A stretch of DNA of 64,000 nucleotides, from NCBI GenBank assembly GCA_044892505.1, contig CM097882.1, positions 282,100,001 to 282,164,000 on the forward strand, in the 5' to 3' direction. A model generated the notes under the pieces. It did not search any database. It saw only the letters and a program-made list of their open reading frames with translations, and was not told the origin of the DNA. How positions within the stretch are numbered: the first letter of the stretch is position 1; each line of letters begins with the position of its first letter. The position numbers and the translations under genes are program-made. This document shows, piece after piece, positions 63,234 through 64,000 of this stretch. Source of the DNA: Schmidtea nova (lineage: Eukaryota).

Positions 63234-63577
63234 TCCATCGTTTTGCTCTGTTGTTTATCTCGTTGGATGCTTTTATTTCACTGATTGAAGAATTTAGGGT
63301 GAAGTGTTGCTTGTGAGTTTTGTTTTAAATAAATATTTTAAACTTGTTTTCCATTCTCTTTCATGAACTTTTTATGAAAATGTTTAATGTTGGATCGTCC
63401 TTTTATCCATCGTTTTGCTCTGGATTTATCTCGGTGGATGCTTTTATTTCATTGATTGAAGAATTTAAGGTGAAGTGTCGTTTGTGAGTTTTGTTTTAAA
63501 TAAATATTTTAAACTTGCTTTCCATTCTCTTTCATGAACTTCTTTACGAAAATGTTTAATGTTGGATCGTCCTGTTA
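63234..63577. repeat. Tandem duplication, 2 x about 172 bp
   Basis: tccatcgttttgctctg...tggatcgtcc starts at 63234 and again at 63406, about 90% identical. Confidence 0.9.
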
Positions 63578-64000
63578 TCTCTCAAAGATACTGGCGAACT
63601 TTGTTTCATTAATATGACATTAATTATCCCAGTGTTTTTGTTGCAAAGAAATAAGTTAAACTATTTGTGATCTAGCTACATAAAAATCTTAGCCATTTTT
63701 AACAGCTAAAACTCTATCAATACTCAAGAAAACGCTTTTCTGTCACTTTTCTTTTCTCATTTTATGATATTTTCACTTCTTTATATGTAGAACTTGTATC
63801 TGTTATTTAAAGAATATTTTACTTTGAAAAACAAAAACAACAAAAAATAAATAAAAACTTAAGTTAAGGAAAATTAAATTAATATAACAATCTTGCGGAT
63901 ACTCCTAAAGCCATTCTCTCTCATCTACGCAAAGTATGAGGTAGGAATTGAAAGTCGCTTTGAAAACATAGGGTTGGAGAATTCGAGAGAATCCACTACG

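Noticed and set aside
1-64000. tRNA, rRNA, snRNA or spliced-leader RNA genes
   Set aside because: None recognised by eye, including in the GC-richer patches at 7050-7150, 8880-9070 and 41400-41540. An Infernal/tRNAscan run would be needed to exclude them.

Overview
AT-rich invertebrate (metazoan) genomic DNA with three N gaps. The host is possibly a flatworm, which is inference from composition, Asn-rich proteins and the transposon mix. (1) 1-5.2 kb: remnant of a Polinton/Maverick-like or DNA-virus-like element. It has two oppositely oriented fragments of a protein-primed PolB, two small spliced genes, a 120/240-bp tandem repeat and dense bZIP-site clusters. (2) 5.2-11 kb: decayed repeats, a plus-strand micro-exon array and a small HTH gene. 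(3) 11340-49810, minus strand: one host gene, ZSWIM8 (Dora/EBAX-1 orthologue). I reconstructed it as 17 exons, all GT-AG and phase-consistent (6633 nt, 2210 aa). Its introns hold mariner, Tc3-like, hAT, pogo and piggyBac remnants, MITEs and a family of long hairpins. (4) about 50.3-62.1 kb, minus strand: a decayed giant Ty3/Gypsy element, the most unusual feature here. Its pol frame appears to run past integrase into ankyrin repeats, four FN3-like modules with a TM helix, and an intronless TRAF (RING, Zn fingers, coiled coil, MATH). A PPT-like/LTR-like edge follows, with an antisense micro-exon gene for a small hydrophobic peptide just beyond it. All family calls come from motif recognition by eye; no database searches were run.
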